Positions 16,896-25,054 of a DNA stretch of 41,153 bases are shown here, one piece after another. Each line of letters opens with the position of its first letter. Position 1 is the first letter of the stretch. Position numbers and translations under genes: made by a program. The stretch is from positions 1 to 41,153 of the forward strand of contig CAKKQX010000296.1 of assembly GCA_919902235.1 (NCBI GenBank), read 5' to 3'. Below the pieces are notes generated by a model. That model was not told where the DNA came from. It searched no databases and saw only the letters and a list, made by a program, of their open reading frames with translations. This DNA comes from Burkholderiales bacterium. GTDB taxonomy: Bacteria; Pseudomonadota; Gammaproteobacteria; Burkholderiales; SG8-41.

Positions 16896-17894
16896 ATGAA
16901 AGTCGCTGCGTCATCACTGCCACTTTTGGTTGCCGCGCTGTTCGTGGCGAGCGGCACACCCGCGTCCGATGCGCATGCCCAGTCTGCATGGAAACCGGCG
17001 CAGAACATCGAGATCATCGTCCCCGCCGCCGCCGGCGGCGCCAACGACCACACCGGCCGGCTGGTGCAGCGCATCCTGCAGGACGGCAAACTCGTCGACC
17101 AGACCATCAATGTCATCAACAAGCCGGGCGGCGGCCACAGCATCGGGCTCGCCTATCTCAACCAGCGCGCGGGCGACGGCCACTATGTGATGGTGGAGAC
17201 CATCACCATGCTGGTGAACGAATTGACCGGCAAGCTCAATGTCCGGCATACCGACATCACGCCGCTGGCGGTGCTCTACAAGGACTTCATCGCGATTTCC
17301 GTGCGCGAGGATTCCCCGCTCAAAACCGGCAGGGATTTCATCGAGCGGCTGAAAAAGGATTCCGCCTCGCTCAGTATCGCGCTGTCGAGCGCGCTTGCCA
17401 ACGCCAACCACCTTGCGGCTGCGATGATCGCGAAAAACGGCGGTGCCGATGCGAAGAAGATGAAAATCGTCGTCTTCAACTCGGGTTCGGAAACCATGAC
17501 CGCGCTGCTGGGCGGCCACGTCGATGTCGTTGCCGGTCCCGCCAACCTTGCCGCACGCCACCTTGCCGGCGGGAAAATCCGCGTGCTGGGCATCACCGCT
17601 GCGCAGCGCCTTGGCGGACCACTGGCGCAGGTGCCGACCTTCGGCGAGCACGGTGCGCCCGGCGTCATGGCCAACTGGCGCAGCGTCATCGGGCCCAAGG
17701 GCATGAGCGTCGCGCAGATCGCTTACTGGGATCAGGCGCTTGCCAAAATGGTGCAGGCCGAAGCATATAAAAAGGAAGTCGAGCTCAACCTTGCCGATGC
17801 CGAGTACATGGGCGCGGCACAGGCGCGCAAGTACTGGGACGCCCAGCACAGCGAGTTGAAGACCCTGCTTACCGATCTCGGCTTGAGCAAATAA
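16896..17894 (+). CDS. Bug-family (TctC-like) substrate-binding protein
   Basis: The ATG at 16896 follows GGAGAAGGGG. Signal peptide MKVAASSLPLLVAALFVASGTPASDAHA, then IEIIVPAAAGGANDHTGRLV...VINKPGGGHSIG. 332 aa. Confidence 0.85.
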   Translation: MKVAASSLPLLVAALFVASGTPASDAHAQSAWKPAQNIEIIVPAAAGGANDHTGRLVQRILQDGKLVDQTINVINKPGGGHSIGLAYLNQRAGDGHYVMVETITMLVNELTGKLNVRHTDITPLAVLYKDFIAISVREDSPLKTGRDFIERLKKDSASLSIALSSALANANHLAAAMIAKNGGADAKKMKIVVFNSGSETMTALLGGHVDVVAGPANLAARHLAGGKIRVLGITAAQRLGGPLAQVPTFGEHGAPGVMANWRSVIGPKGMSVAQIAYWDQALAKMVQAEAYKKEVELNLADAEYMGAAQARKYWDAQHSELKTLLTDLGLSK

Positions 17895-17981
17895 CCGGGT
17901 GCGTGCGTGCGGCAGCCGGGATTGTATGGTTTTACTGACCTGCTATCCTTCTATTATCGCGAATGGCGCGAATTATCGGAA

Positions 17982-18530
17982 ATGAATGTCATGGTCCTTG
18001 AACGATGTCCCGCCGGCCGCTGCTCCGGTTTGAGCAGCCTGACGGTATTGTTGTGCTGTTTATTGACGTTGTTCGCGCTGCCGGCGGCGGCGCAACAGAT
18101 CAAGATCGGCTACATCGATCTCCTGCGCATTGAGCGCGAGTCGGCGCGGCCGAAGCGGGGAGCGGAAATGCTGAAGAAGGAATTTTCCGCGCGCGAGCAG
18201 GCGGTGCGGGATCTGCAGGACAAGGTCCAGGCCATGAAGTCCGAGCTTGAAAAACTCGGGCCAAACACACCCGCAGCTCAGCTCGAAAAGAGACGGGGCG
18301 CGTTCGCGCAACTGGTGCAGAATTTCGAGCAGTCGCGCCGCACCTTCATGGAAGATGTGGACAGACGCAGAGCCGAGGAGCGGGGGAAATTTTTGGAAGA
18401 AGTGAGGGCGGCCGTGAAGAAGATCGCCGAAGCGCAGAAGTTCGACCTCGTGCTGGAGCAGGGCGTTTACGCCAGCCGCAGCTTTGATATCACCGACCAG
18501 GTGATGAAGACGCTCGACGCCGCAAAATAG
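17982..18530 (+). CDS. OmpH/Skp-family periplasmic chaperone-like protein
   Basis: After a hydrophobic signal region (LTVLLCCLLTLFALPAAAQQ), IKIGYIDLLRIERESARPKRGAEMLKKEF...KFDLVLEQGVYAS matches the OmpH coiled-coil pattern. Start chosen at the in-frame ATG at 17982; the track ORF begins at a GTG at 17907. Confidence 0.72.
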   Translation: MNVMVLERCPAGRCSGLSSLTVLLCCLLTLFALPAAAQQIKIGYIDLLRIERESARPKRGAEMLKKEFSAREQAVRDLQDKVQAMKSELEKLGPNTPAAQLEKRRGAFAQLVQNFEQSRRTFMEDVDRRRAEERGKFLEEVRAAVKKIAEAQKFDLVLEQGVYASRSFDITDQVMKTLDAAK

Positions 18531-18716
18531 CGGGCGCCGGTGCTGGCAGTGCCCGGCAAGCATCTTGGGCCGTTTGACGTAATAGTAAAATATTAAATTA
18601 AAACAATAAGTTACTTGTTTTCTCCGCCTCCGAGACGGAGCCGGCGACCAAGACGCCGGAAGAACCTGGCAAGCATGTCATTCCCGAAATGGCGCAGGGA
18701 TGAGTCTTTGCATTTA

Positions 18717-19403
18717 TCAACCGCGCCTGCCCAGTACGCGAGTGAGCCACGCGCCGATGTCCCGCACTTCCTCCAGGCATAGCGAGTGTTGCATCGGGTA
18801 GTCGTGCCACTCAACGGCGTAGCCCGCCTGTAACAGCATATCTTTCGAGTTCGCGCCCATTGCGTAGGGCACCACAGGGTCGTGCGTGCCGTGCACCATG
18901 AAGATGGGCGTTTCGGCGTTGGCGGGTGCGGCCTCCTGCGCAAAGCTCTCGGCGAGCGGCAGATAAGTCGACAGCGCCATCACGCCCGCCAGTTGCTGCG
19001 GGTAGCGCAGCCCGGTTTGCAGCGCGATCGCGCCGCCCTGGGAAAATCCCGCCAGCACGATGTTTTTGGAGGCTGTTCCCCGCGATATTTCGCGCTCGAT
19101 CAGCTTGCCGACAGCGGCCTGCGAAGCGCGCACGCCTTTTTCGTCGGCCTGGCGCGAGCGGCCTTCGAGATCGCCGAAGGAGACGTCGTACCAGGCGCGC
19201 ATGACTTGGCCGTTGTTGATGGTTACCGGCTGCATGGGGGCATGCGGGAAGACGAAGCGGATCGCCGACGCGCCCGACAACTCGAGCTCGCGCACGGTGG
19301 GCACGAAATCATTGCCGTCGGCGCCCAGGCCGTGCATCCAGATGACGCTGGCAGCGGGATTGCCTGCGGTTTCAATTTCGATGGTTTCGGGGAGATTTTC
19401 CAT
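18717..19403 (-). CDS. Phospholipase/carboxylesterase family alpha/beta hydrolase
   Basis: 228 aa. Motifs VIWMHGLGADGNDF, nucleophile elbow GFSQGG, and HGTHDPVVP with a C-terminal HSL, as in esterase YpfH/EstB-type proteins. Confidence 0.85.
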   Translation of the reverse strand: MENLPETIEIETAGNPAASVIWMHGLGADGNDFVPTVRELELSGASAIRFVFPHAPMQPVTINNGQVMRAWYDVSFGDLEGRSRQADEKGVRASQAAVGKLIEREISRGTASKNIVLAGFSQGGAIALQTGLRYPQQLAGVMALSTYLPLAESFAQEAAPANAETPIFMVHGTHDPVVPYAMGANSKDMLLQAGYAVEWHDYPMQHSLCLEEVRDIGAWLTRVLGRRG

Positions 19404-19606
19404 TTTTAAATTGGCCGTGGAGGCGCCGAGAAGATCAAAAACAAAATTGTAACAGCGCCAAGACGCCGGGCTGCCAGGAAAACAGAGAACGCTTATAACA
19501 AGCAGTTGACAGTTTGATTGAAAAAATCAGATGACATGCCGGTTGCCAATTTTATTGGCAGTCTTGATTGTTTGACCCCGGCGCTTTGGCGGCTAATTCC
19601 AGTTCC

Positions 19607-20203
19607 TCAGATTTTCGGGCGGATGGCCGATTTAGGCCGGAACGCTTTCACTATCGTTTCGTTGGTCTCGATGTACGGTCCGCCGATGAGATCGATGCAA
19701 TAAGGTACTGCCGCAAAAATACCATTGACGATGCTCCTGCCCTCGGCATCCTTCAGGCCTTCCAGCGTTTCCTTGATCGCCTTGGGCTGCCCGGGGAGAT
19801 TGATGATGAGCGCCTGTTTGCGGATCACCGCGACCTGCCGCGACAGGATGGCTGTGGGCACGAATTTGAGGCTGATCTGGCGCATCTGCTCTCCGAAGCC
19901 GGGCATCTCCCTGTCGGCGACGGCCAGCGTCGCTTCCGGCGTGACGTCGCGCGGCGCGGGACCGGTGCCGCCGGTAGTGAGCACGAGATGGCAGCTTTCC
20001 TGGTCAACCAATTCCTTTAGCGCCGTTTCGATCACCGCTTGCTCGTCGGGAATCAGGCGGGTCACCATGCGCCACGGCGAGGCCAGTGCCGAGGTGAACC
20101 AGTCCCTGAGTGCGGGGATGCCCTGGTCCTGGTAAACGCCCTGGGAGGCGCGGTCGCTGATTGAAACCAGGCCGATCAGCAGTTCCTCGTTTTGTGCAGT
20201 CAT
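19607..20203 (-). CDS. mog: Molybdopterin adenylyltransferase Mog
   Basis: From the ATG at 20203: MTAQNEELLIGLVSISDRASQGVYQDQGIPAL...LTTGGTGPAPRDVTPEATLAVADREMPGFGEQMRQISL...LPGQPKAIKETLEG. Near-colinear with E. coli MogA. The 104 upstream track codons overlap yjgA and are rejected. Confidence 0.93.
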   Translation of the reverse strand: MTAQNEELLIGLVSISDRASQGVYQDQGIPALRDWFTSALASPWRMVTRLIPDEQAVIETALKELVDQESCHLVLTTGGTGPAPRDVTPEATLAVADREMPGFGEQMRQISLKFVPTAILSRQVAVIRKQALIINLPGQPKAIKETLEGLKDAEGRSIVNGIFAAVPYCIDLIGGPYIETNETIVKAFRPKSAIRPKI

Positions 20204-20210
20204 GGTGTAA

Positions 20211-20729
20211 TTATACGGAAGGCGGGGAATCCCGTTCTCCCCGGGCTTTCTCCATAACCTCGCGCAGCAGCTGGAACATTGCGCGATAATTTTTCGGCGG
20301 CTTGCCGGTCTCGCGCTCGCGCTGCGTATTGCGTACCAGTGCGCGCAATTGCTGCGCGTCGGCCTGCGGGTATTCGCTGACGAATTGCGCAAACGCCGCG
20401 TCTTCCGCCAGCAGGCGCTCGCGCCAGCGCTCGATCCGGTGCAGCAGCGCGATATGTTCGCGTGACACGGATTGCCAGGAGTCGAGCCGGGCGCGTATGG
20501 GCCCGGAATCGACATGACGCATCAGTTTGCCGACGTATTGCAGCTGTCTGCGCCGCGCCTCGAATTTGGTCATGCGCCGGGCTTCCATCACCGCATCGAG
20601 CAGGCTTTCGGGCAGCGCCAGCGAGGCAAGCCGCTCCTCGTTGAGTTCGACCAGTTCGGCGCCGAGGTCCTGCAGATCGGTCATCTGCTTCTTGCGCTGC
20701 GTTTTGCTGGGTTGATTTTCGTCGTTCAT
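20211..20729 (-). CDS. yjgA: Ribosome-associated protein YjgA (DUF615, DarP)
   Basis: 172 aa. SKTQRKKQM...LQDLG..LV.L, and FEARRRQLQYVGKLMR is typical of YjgA. It is divergent from pmbA, as in E. coli. Confidence 0.85.
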   Translation of the reverse strand: MNDENQPSKTQRKKQMTDLQDLGAELVELNEERLASLALPESLLDAVMEARRMTKFEARRRQLQYVGKLMRHVDSGPIRARLDSWQSVSREHIALLHRIERWRERLLAEDAAFAQFVSEYPQADAQQLRALVRNTQRERETGKPPKNYRAMFQLLREVMEKARGERDSPPSV

Positions 20730-20740
20730 TGTTGATCTTT

Positions 20741-20766
20741 CACTAATTCGCGACAGCGAATTAGTG
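20741..20766. promoter_or_regulatory. Perfect 11-bp-arm palindrome in the yjgA leader / yjgA-pmbA divergent region
   Basis: CACTAATTCGCgacaGCGAATTAGTG, 12 nt upstream of the yjgA start codon (20729, minus strand). Confidence 0.4.
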
Positions 20767-20957
20767 CCATTCTCACCCTCTCCTTGCGGGACAAGGGAAC
20801 ACTTGAAGCGAAGCAGAGGGTCGGGCAGAGGGATTGAGCGTTCCGACTGTCACTCAACATGAAACGCTCAATAGGTTTGATTTTCAGGGCGCGCATTTGA
20901 AGCTGATATGATAACGCTCTTTTCACGCTAGCAACGGCGCCGCCGGATTGCCACCTC

Positions 20958-22298
20958 ATGCCAGAAACCCGATTTTCATATACCGACGATAAACTCAGAC
21001 AGATCGCGCAGGATGTACTCGACCATGCCAGGCAACGTGGCGCCAGCGCCGCCGAAGCCGAGGTGAGCGAAGGTTTCGGCCAGACCGTGACCGTGCGCCG
21101 CGGCGAAGTCGAGACCATCGAATACAACCGCGACAAGGGCATAGGCGTCACGGTTTATATCGGCCGGCAGCGCGGCCATGCCAGCAGTTCCGACTTTTCG
21201 CCGCAGGCGCTGCGCGACACCGTGGATGCTGCGCTGTCCATCGCCGGTTTTACCGCCTCCGATGATTGCGCCGGGCTGGCGGACGCCGATCTTCTGGCGC
21301 GGGATATTGCCGATCTCGATCTGTGGCACCCGTGGGACATGCCGGTCGAACGCGCCATCGTGCTCGCCAAAACCTGCGAGGACGCGGGATTCGCGACGGG
21401 CAAGGGCATCACCAATTCCGAAGGGGCGACGGTTTCGACCCAGGAATCGCATTTTGTCTATGGTAATTCGCTGGGGTTTCTCGCCGGGTATCCGACTTCG
21501 CGCCACGGCCTGTGGTGCGCGCTGATCGCCGGCAAGGGCGATGCCATGCAGCGCGACGACTGGTATGAGAGCGCCCGCGATCCGGCGGAACTGGTCGCGC
21601 CCGAAACCGTGGGCAGGCGCGCCGGCGAACGCGCGCTGAAACGCGTCGGTGCCAGGAAAATCGCCACCACCCAGGTGCCGGTGTTGTTCGAAGCACCGGT
21701 CGCGCCCAGCCTGCTCGGGCATTTCGTGTCGGCGGTGAGCGGCGGCAGTCTCTACCGCAAATCTTCCTTCCTGCTCGATAGCGCGGGCCAGCAGATTTTC
21801 TCGCCATTCGTGAAAATCAGCGATCTGCCGCATATCAAAAAGGGACTGGCGAGCAGCGCTTTCGACGAGGAGGGCGTGGCCACGCAGGCGCGCGACGTGG
21901 TGCTGGACGGCGTTGTGCAGGGCTATTTTCTCAGCAGCTACTCGGCACGCAAGCTGGGGTTGAGGTCCACCGGCAACGCCGGCGGCAACCACAACCTGAT
22001 CATGCGTGATACCGGCGAGGACTTTGCCGGCCTGCTCAGGAAGATGGGCACGGGACTGCTGGTGACCGAACTGATGGGCCACGGCGTCAATGCGGTGACC
22101 GGCGATTATTCGCGCGGCGCCGCCGGCTACTGGGTCGAGGGCGGTGAAATCGCCTACCCGGTGCAGGAAATCACCATCGCCGGCAATCTCAAGGACATAT
22201 TCCGCAGCATCATTGCCGTCGGCAACGACGTCAACCGCCGCGGTTCCCGCCAGTGCGGCTCGATTCTCATCGAGCGCATGACCATCGCCGGAGATTAA
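20958..22298 (+). CDS. pmbA: Metalloprotease PmbA (TldE)
   Basis: 446 aa. Full-length PmbA/TldD-family pattern, including the C-terminal GDYSRGAAGYWVEGGEIAYPV...TIAGNL motif. Confidence 0.92.
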   Translation: MPETRFSYTDDKLRQIAQDVLDHARQRGASAAEAEVSEGFGQTVTVRRGEVETIEYNRDKGIGVTVYIGRQRGHASSSDFSPQALRDTVDAALSIAGFTASDDCAGLADADLLARDIADLDLWHPWDMPVERAIVLAKTCEDAGFATGKGITNSEGATVSTQESHFVYGNSLGFLAGYPTSRHGLWCALIAGKGDAMQRDDWYESARDPAELVAPETVGRRAGERALKRVGARKIATTQVPVLFEAPVAPSLLGHFVSAVSGGSLYRKSSFLLDSAGQQIFSPFVKISDLPHIKKGLASSAFDEEGVATQARDVVLDGVVQGYFLSSYSARKLGLRSTGNAGGNHNLIMRDTGEDFAGLLRKMGTGLLVTELMGHGVNAVTGDYSRGAAGYWVEGGEIAYPVQEITIAGNLKDIFRSIIAVGNDVNRRGSRQCGSILIERMTIAGD

Positions 22299-22343
22299 AA
22301 ATCAGATTAAGCTGCCGATAAGAGCGGATCAACGCAGATAAAT

Positions 22344-22367
22344 ACTTAATTGACAACTTAATTGACA
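22344..22367. repeat. Perfect 12-bp tandem duplication ACTTAATTGACA x2
   Basis: Read directly at 22344-22355 and 22356-22367. Each unit contains a consensus -35 hexamer TTGACA. About 90 nt upstream of the TRAP binding-protein gene. Confidence 0.9.
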
Positions 22368-22456
22368 AAATAAATTGTGTTGATCCCTGTTATCGATGTC
22401 CATCGGTGTTCATCGGCGGCTAAGATAGGGTTTCGGAATCGCTCAGGGGGAAGAAC

Positions 22457-23563
22457 ATGAAACGACGACAGTTCCTGAAGAACGCCGGCTTGGGCATTGC
22501 TGCCGGTGCCGTCGCCGCGCCGGCGGCTGCGCAGTCGCCGCTGCAGATCAAGTGGCGCATGGCGTCGAGTTTTCCCAAGAGTCTCGATACCCTGTTCGGC
22601 AGCGCCGAGCAGATCGCCAGCCGCGTGTCCAAAATGACCGACGGCAAGTTCGAGATCCGGATTTTTGCGGCGGGCGAAATCGTGCCGTCGTTGCAGGTGC
22701 TCGATGCGGTGCAGAACGGCACCGTCGAGTGCGGCCAGACGGCGAGCTATTACTATGTCGGCAAGAATCCGGCGCTGGCGTTCGACACCGCGCTGCCCTT
22801 TGGCATGAACTGCCGCCAGCAGAACGCATGGATGTACTACGGCGGCGGCATGGGGCTGATGCGCGAGCTGTTCAAGCAGTACAACATCGTCAATTTTCCC
22901 TGTGGCAACACCGGCACGCAGATGGCGGGCTGGTACCGCAGGGAGATCAAGTCCGTTGCCGATCTCAAAGGCCTCAAGATGCGCATCGCCGGACTGGCCG
23001 GCCAGATTCTCAGCAGGCTTGGCGTGGTGCCGCAGCAGATCGGCGGCGCCGATATCTACCCGGCGCTCGAGAAAGGCACCATCGATGCGGCGGAATGGGT
23101 CGGGCCGTACGACGACGAGAAGCTGGGTTTTCAAAAGGTCGCCAAGTATTACTATTATCCCGGCTGGTGGGAGGGCTCGGCGCAGCTGTCGATTTACGTC
23201 AACATGAAACAGTGGCAGTCGCTGCCCAGGAGTTATCAGGAAGCGCTGGAGACGGCGTGCGCCGAGGCCAATATCCACATGGTCGCCAGGTACGATGCGA
23301 TGAATACCGAGGCGCTGCGCAGGCTGGTGGCGGGCGGCGCCCAGCTGCGCGCATTCCCGCGGCCGGTGATGGAAGCCTGTTACAAGGTCGCCAACGAGCT
23401 GTATGCGGAGCTTGCCGCGAAAAGTCCCGAGTTCAAGAAAATCTATACGGCGTGGAGCCGCTTCCGTGAAGACCAGTACCTGTGGTTTCGCGTTGCTGAA
23501 AATACCTTTGACAATTTTGTCTACTCGGTGAAACGCAGCCCGGCGCCCGCCAGGAAAAACTGA
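22457..23563 (+). CDS. TRAP transporter substrate-binding protein (DctP superfamily, COG4663-like) with Tat-type signal
   Basis: MKRRQFLKNAGLGIAAGAVAAPAAAQ twin-arginine-like signal. KWRMASSFPKSLDTLFG, YYYVGK and GWYRREI are typical of this TRAP solute-receptor family. RBS GGGGGAAG. Confidence 0.88.
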   Translation: MKRRQFLKNAGLGIAAGAVAAPAAAQSPLQIKWRMASSFPKSLDTLFGSAEQIASRVSKMTDGKFEIRIFAAGEIVPSLQVLDAVQNGTVECGQTASYYYVGKNPALAFDTALPFGMNCRQQNAWMYYGGGMGLMRELFKQYNIVNFPCGNTGTQMAGWYRREIKSVADLKGLKMRIAGLAGQILSRLGVVPQQIGGADIYPALEKGTIDAAEWVGPYDDEKLGFQKVAKYYYYPGWWEGSAQLSIYVNMKQWQSLPRSYQEALETACAEANIHMVARYDAMNTEALRRLVAGGAQLRAFPRPVMEACYKVANELYAELAAKSPEFKKIYTAWSRFREDQYLWFRVAENTFDNFVYSVKRSPAPARKN

Positions 23564-23570
23564 TGTCTGC

Positions 23571-23591
23571 GCGGCCGCTCATCGCGGCCGC
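23571..23591. terminator. GC hairpin between convergent genes, a possible bidirectional terminator without a U-tract
   Basis: GCGGCCGCtcatcGCGGCCGC: two self-complementary 8-mers. The loop contains the stop codon of the minus-strand permease. Confidence 0.3.
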
Positions 23592-25054
23592 AGCAGCGCT
23601 CGCTCGATCTCCGTTGCTGCATCGCCCCCGCTTGCCGGTCCCGTCCCTTCCCTTTGCAGACCTTCTGGCGGCGCCGGCGCGTCGGGGACGGGAATTTGCA
23701 TTTCGATGGCCGCCGGGTCGCTGCGGGTTTCTTCCGCCTTATAGTGCAGCACCATCTGCGGGAACGCGATGATCAACGCCACCATGATCAGTTGAATAAT
23801 CACGAATGGCACCGCGCCCCAGTAAATATCCACAGTCCTGACTTCGCGCGGCGCCACGCTGCGCAGATAGAACAACGAAAATCCGAATGGTGGATGCAGG
23901 AACGAGGTTTGCATGTTCACGCCCAGCATGACGCCGAACCAGACCAGGTCGATGCCCAGTTTGGCGGCGACCGGCGCCAGCAGCGGGATCAGGATGAAAG
24001 CGATCTCGAAAAAGTCGAGGAAAAACGCCAGCACGAAAATCAGCATGTTGACGACAATGAGAAAACCCATCGCGCCGCCCGGCAGGGTGGCCAGCAGGTT
24101 TTCCACCCACAGGTCGCCGTCCACTGCGCGGAACGTCAGGGCGAATACCGTCGAGCCGACCAAGATGAAGATCACGAAGCTGGTGAGCTTGGTGGTTGAG
24201 TCCATGGCCTGTTTGAGCAGGGTGAAGTTGAGCCGGCGTTTGGCGAGCGCGAGGCCCAGCGCGCCGGTGGCGCCCATCGCGCCGCCTTCGGTAGGTGTCG
24301 CCACCCCCATGAAAATCGTGCCCAGCACCAGACCGATCAGCACCAGCGGCGGCACCAGCGTGCCGGCCACCCGCGCTGCCAAAGCGGATCCTCTGAGCGT
24401 TCGCGCGTGCGGTGGCAGCGCGGGCACCGCCTGCGGCTTGAACAGCGACACCAGCAGCACATAAGCCATGTAGCAGGCGGCCAGCGTCAGGCCGGGAACG
24501 AGCGCGCCCCGGTACATGTCGCCCACCGATTTGCCGAGCTGGTCGGCGAGCACGATCAGCACCAGGCTGGGCGGGATGATCTGGGCGAGCGTTCCCGAAG
24601 CCGCGATCACGCCCGCGGCGAGCCGCGGCGAGTAGCCGTAGCGCAACATGATGGGCAGGGAAATCAGACCCATGGAGATGACCGAGGCCGCCACTACGCC
24701 GGTAGTCGCTGCCAGCAGGGCGCCGACGAACACGACTGCGTAGGCGATGCCGCCGCGTATCGCGCCAAACAACTGGCCGATGGTAACCAGCAGATCCTCG
24801 GCCATGCCGCTTCTTTCGAGGATCAGGCCCATGAAGGTGAAGAAGGGAATGGCCAGCAGCGTGTCGTTGCGCATGATGCCGAACACACGTTCCGGCAAGG
24901 CCTGCAGCAGCTCTGGTTTGAGCAGTCCCATCTCGATGCCGAGCAAGCCAAAGAATATGCCGTTGGCGGCAAGCGAGAAGGCAACCGGGTAGCCGAGCAG
25001 CAGGAAAATCACCAGCACGCCGAACATGAGCGGTGCCAGCATTTCATGCGGCAT
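23579..25054 (-). CDS. TRAP transporter large permease subunit (DctM family)
   Basis: 491 aa and polytopic. Typical DctM N-terminus MLAPLMFGVLVIFLLLGYPVAFSLA. ATGA overlap with the upstream small subunit. About 45-aa hydrophilic C-terminal tail. Confidence 0.9.
   Translation of the reverse strand: MPHEMLAPLMFGVLVIFLLLGYPVAFSLAANGIFFGLLGIEMGLLKPELLQALPERVFGIMRNDTLLAIPFFTFMGLILERSGMAEDLLVTIGQLFGAIRGGIAYAVVFVGALLAATTGVVAASVISMGLISLPIMLRYGYSPRLAAGVIAASGTLAQIIPPSLVLIVLADQLGKSVGDMYRGALVPGLTLAACYMAYVLLVSLFKPQAVPALPPHARTLRGSALAARVAGTLVPPLVLIGLVLGTIFMGVATPTEGGAMGATGALGLALAKRRLNFTLLKQAMDSTTKLTSFVIFILVGSTVFALTFRAVDGDLWVENLLATLPGGAMGFLIVVNMLIFVLAFFLDFFEIAFILIPLLAPVAAKLGIDLVWFGVMLGVNMQTSFLHPPFGFSLFYLRSVAPREVRTVDIYWGAVPFVIIQLIMVALIIAFPQMVLHYKAEETRSDPAAIEMQIPVPDAPAPPEGLQREGTGPASGGDAATEIERALLRPR

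Noticed and set aside
18531-18716. AT-rich 186-nt spacer with small hairpins (CTCCGtctCGGAG; ATTCCCgaaatggcgcaGGGAT), examined for an sRNA or terminators.
   Set aside because: The stems are only 5-6 bp with no adjacent U-tract, and there are no convincing promoter elements. An sRNA cannot be supported from sequence alone.
19607-20515. N-terminal extensions of track ORFs: mog to 20515, gntR to 32319, M20 from 31729, amidohydrolase to 36024, ribBA from 35769, PEBP from 5557, small ORF from 38009.
   Set aside because: The extensions overlap neighbouring genes or divergent promoters and are Arg/Cys-rich nonsense. In each case an internal ATG (or GTG) with a purine-rich RBS starts exactly where family homology begins.
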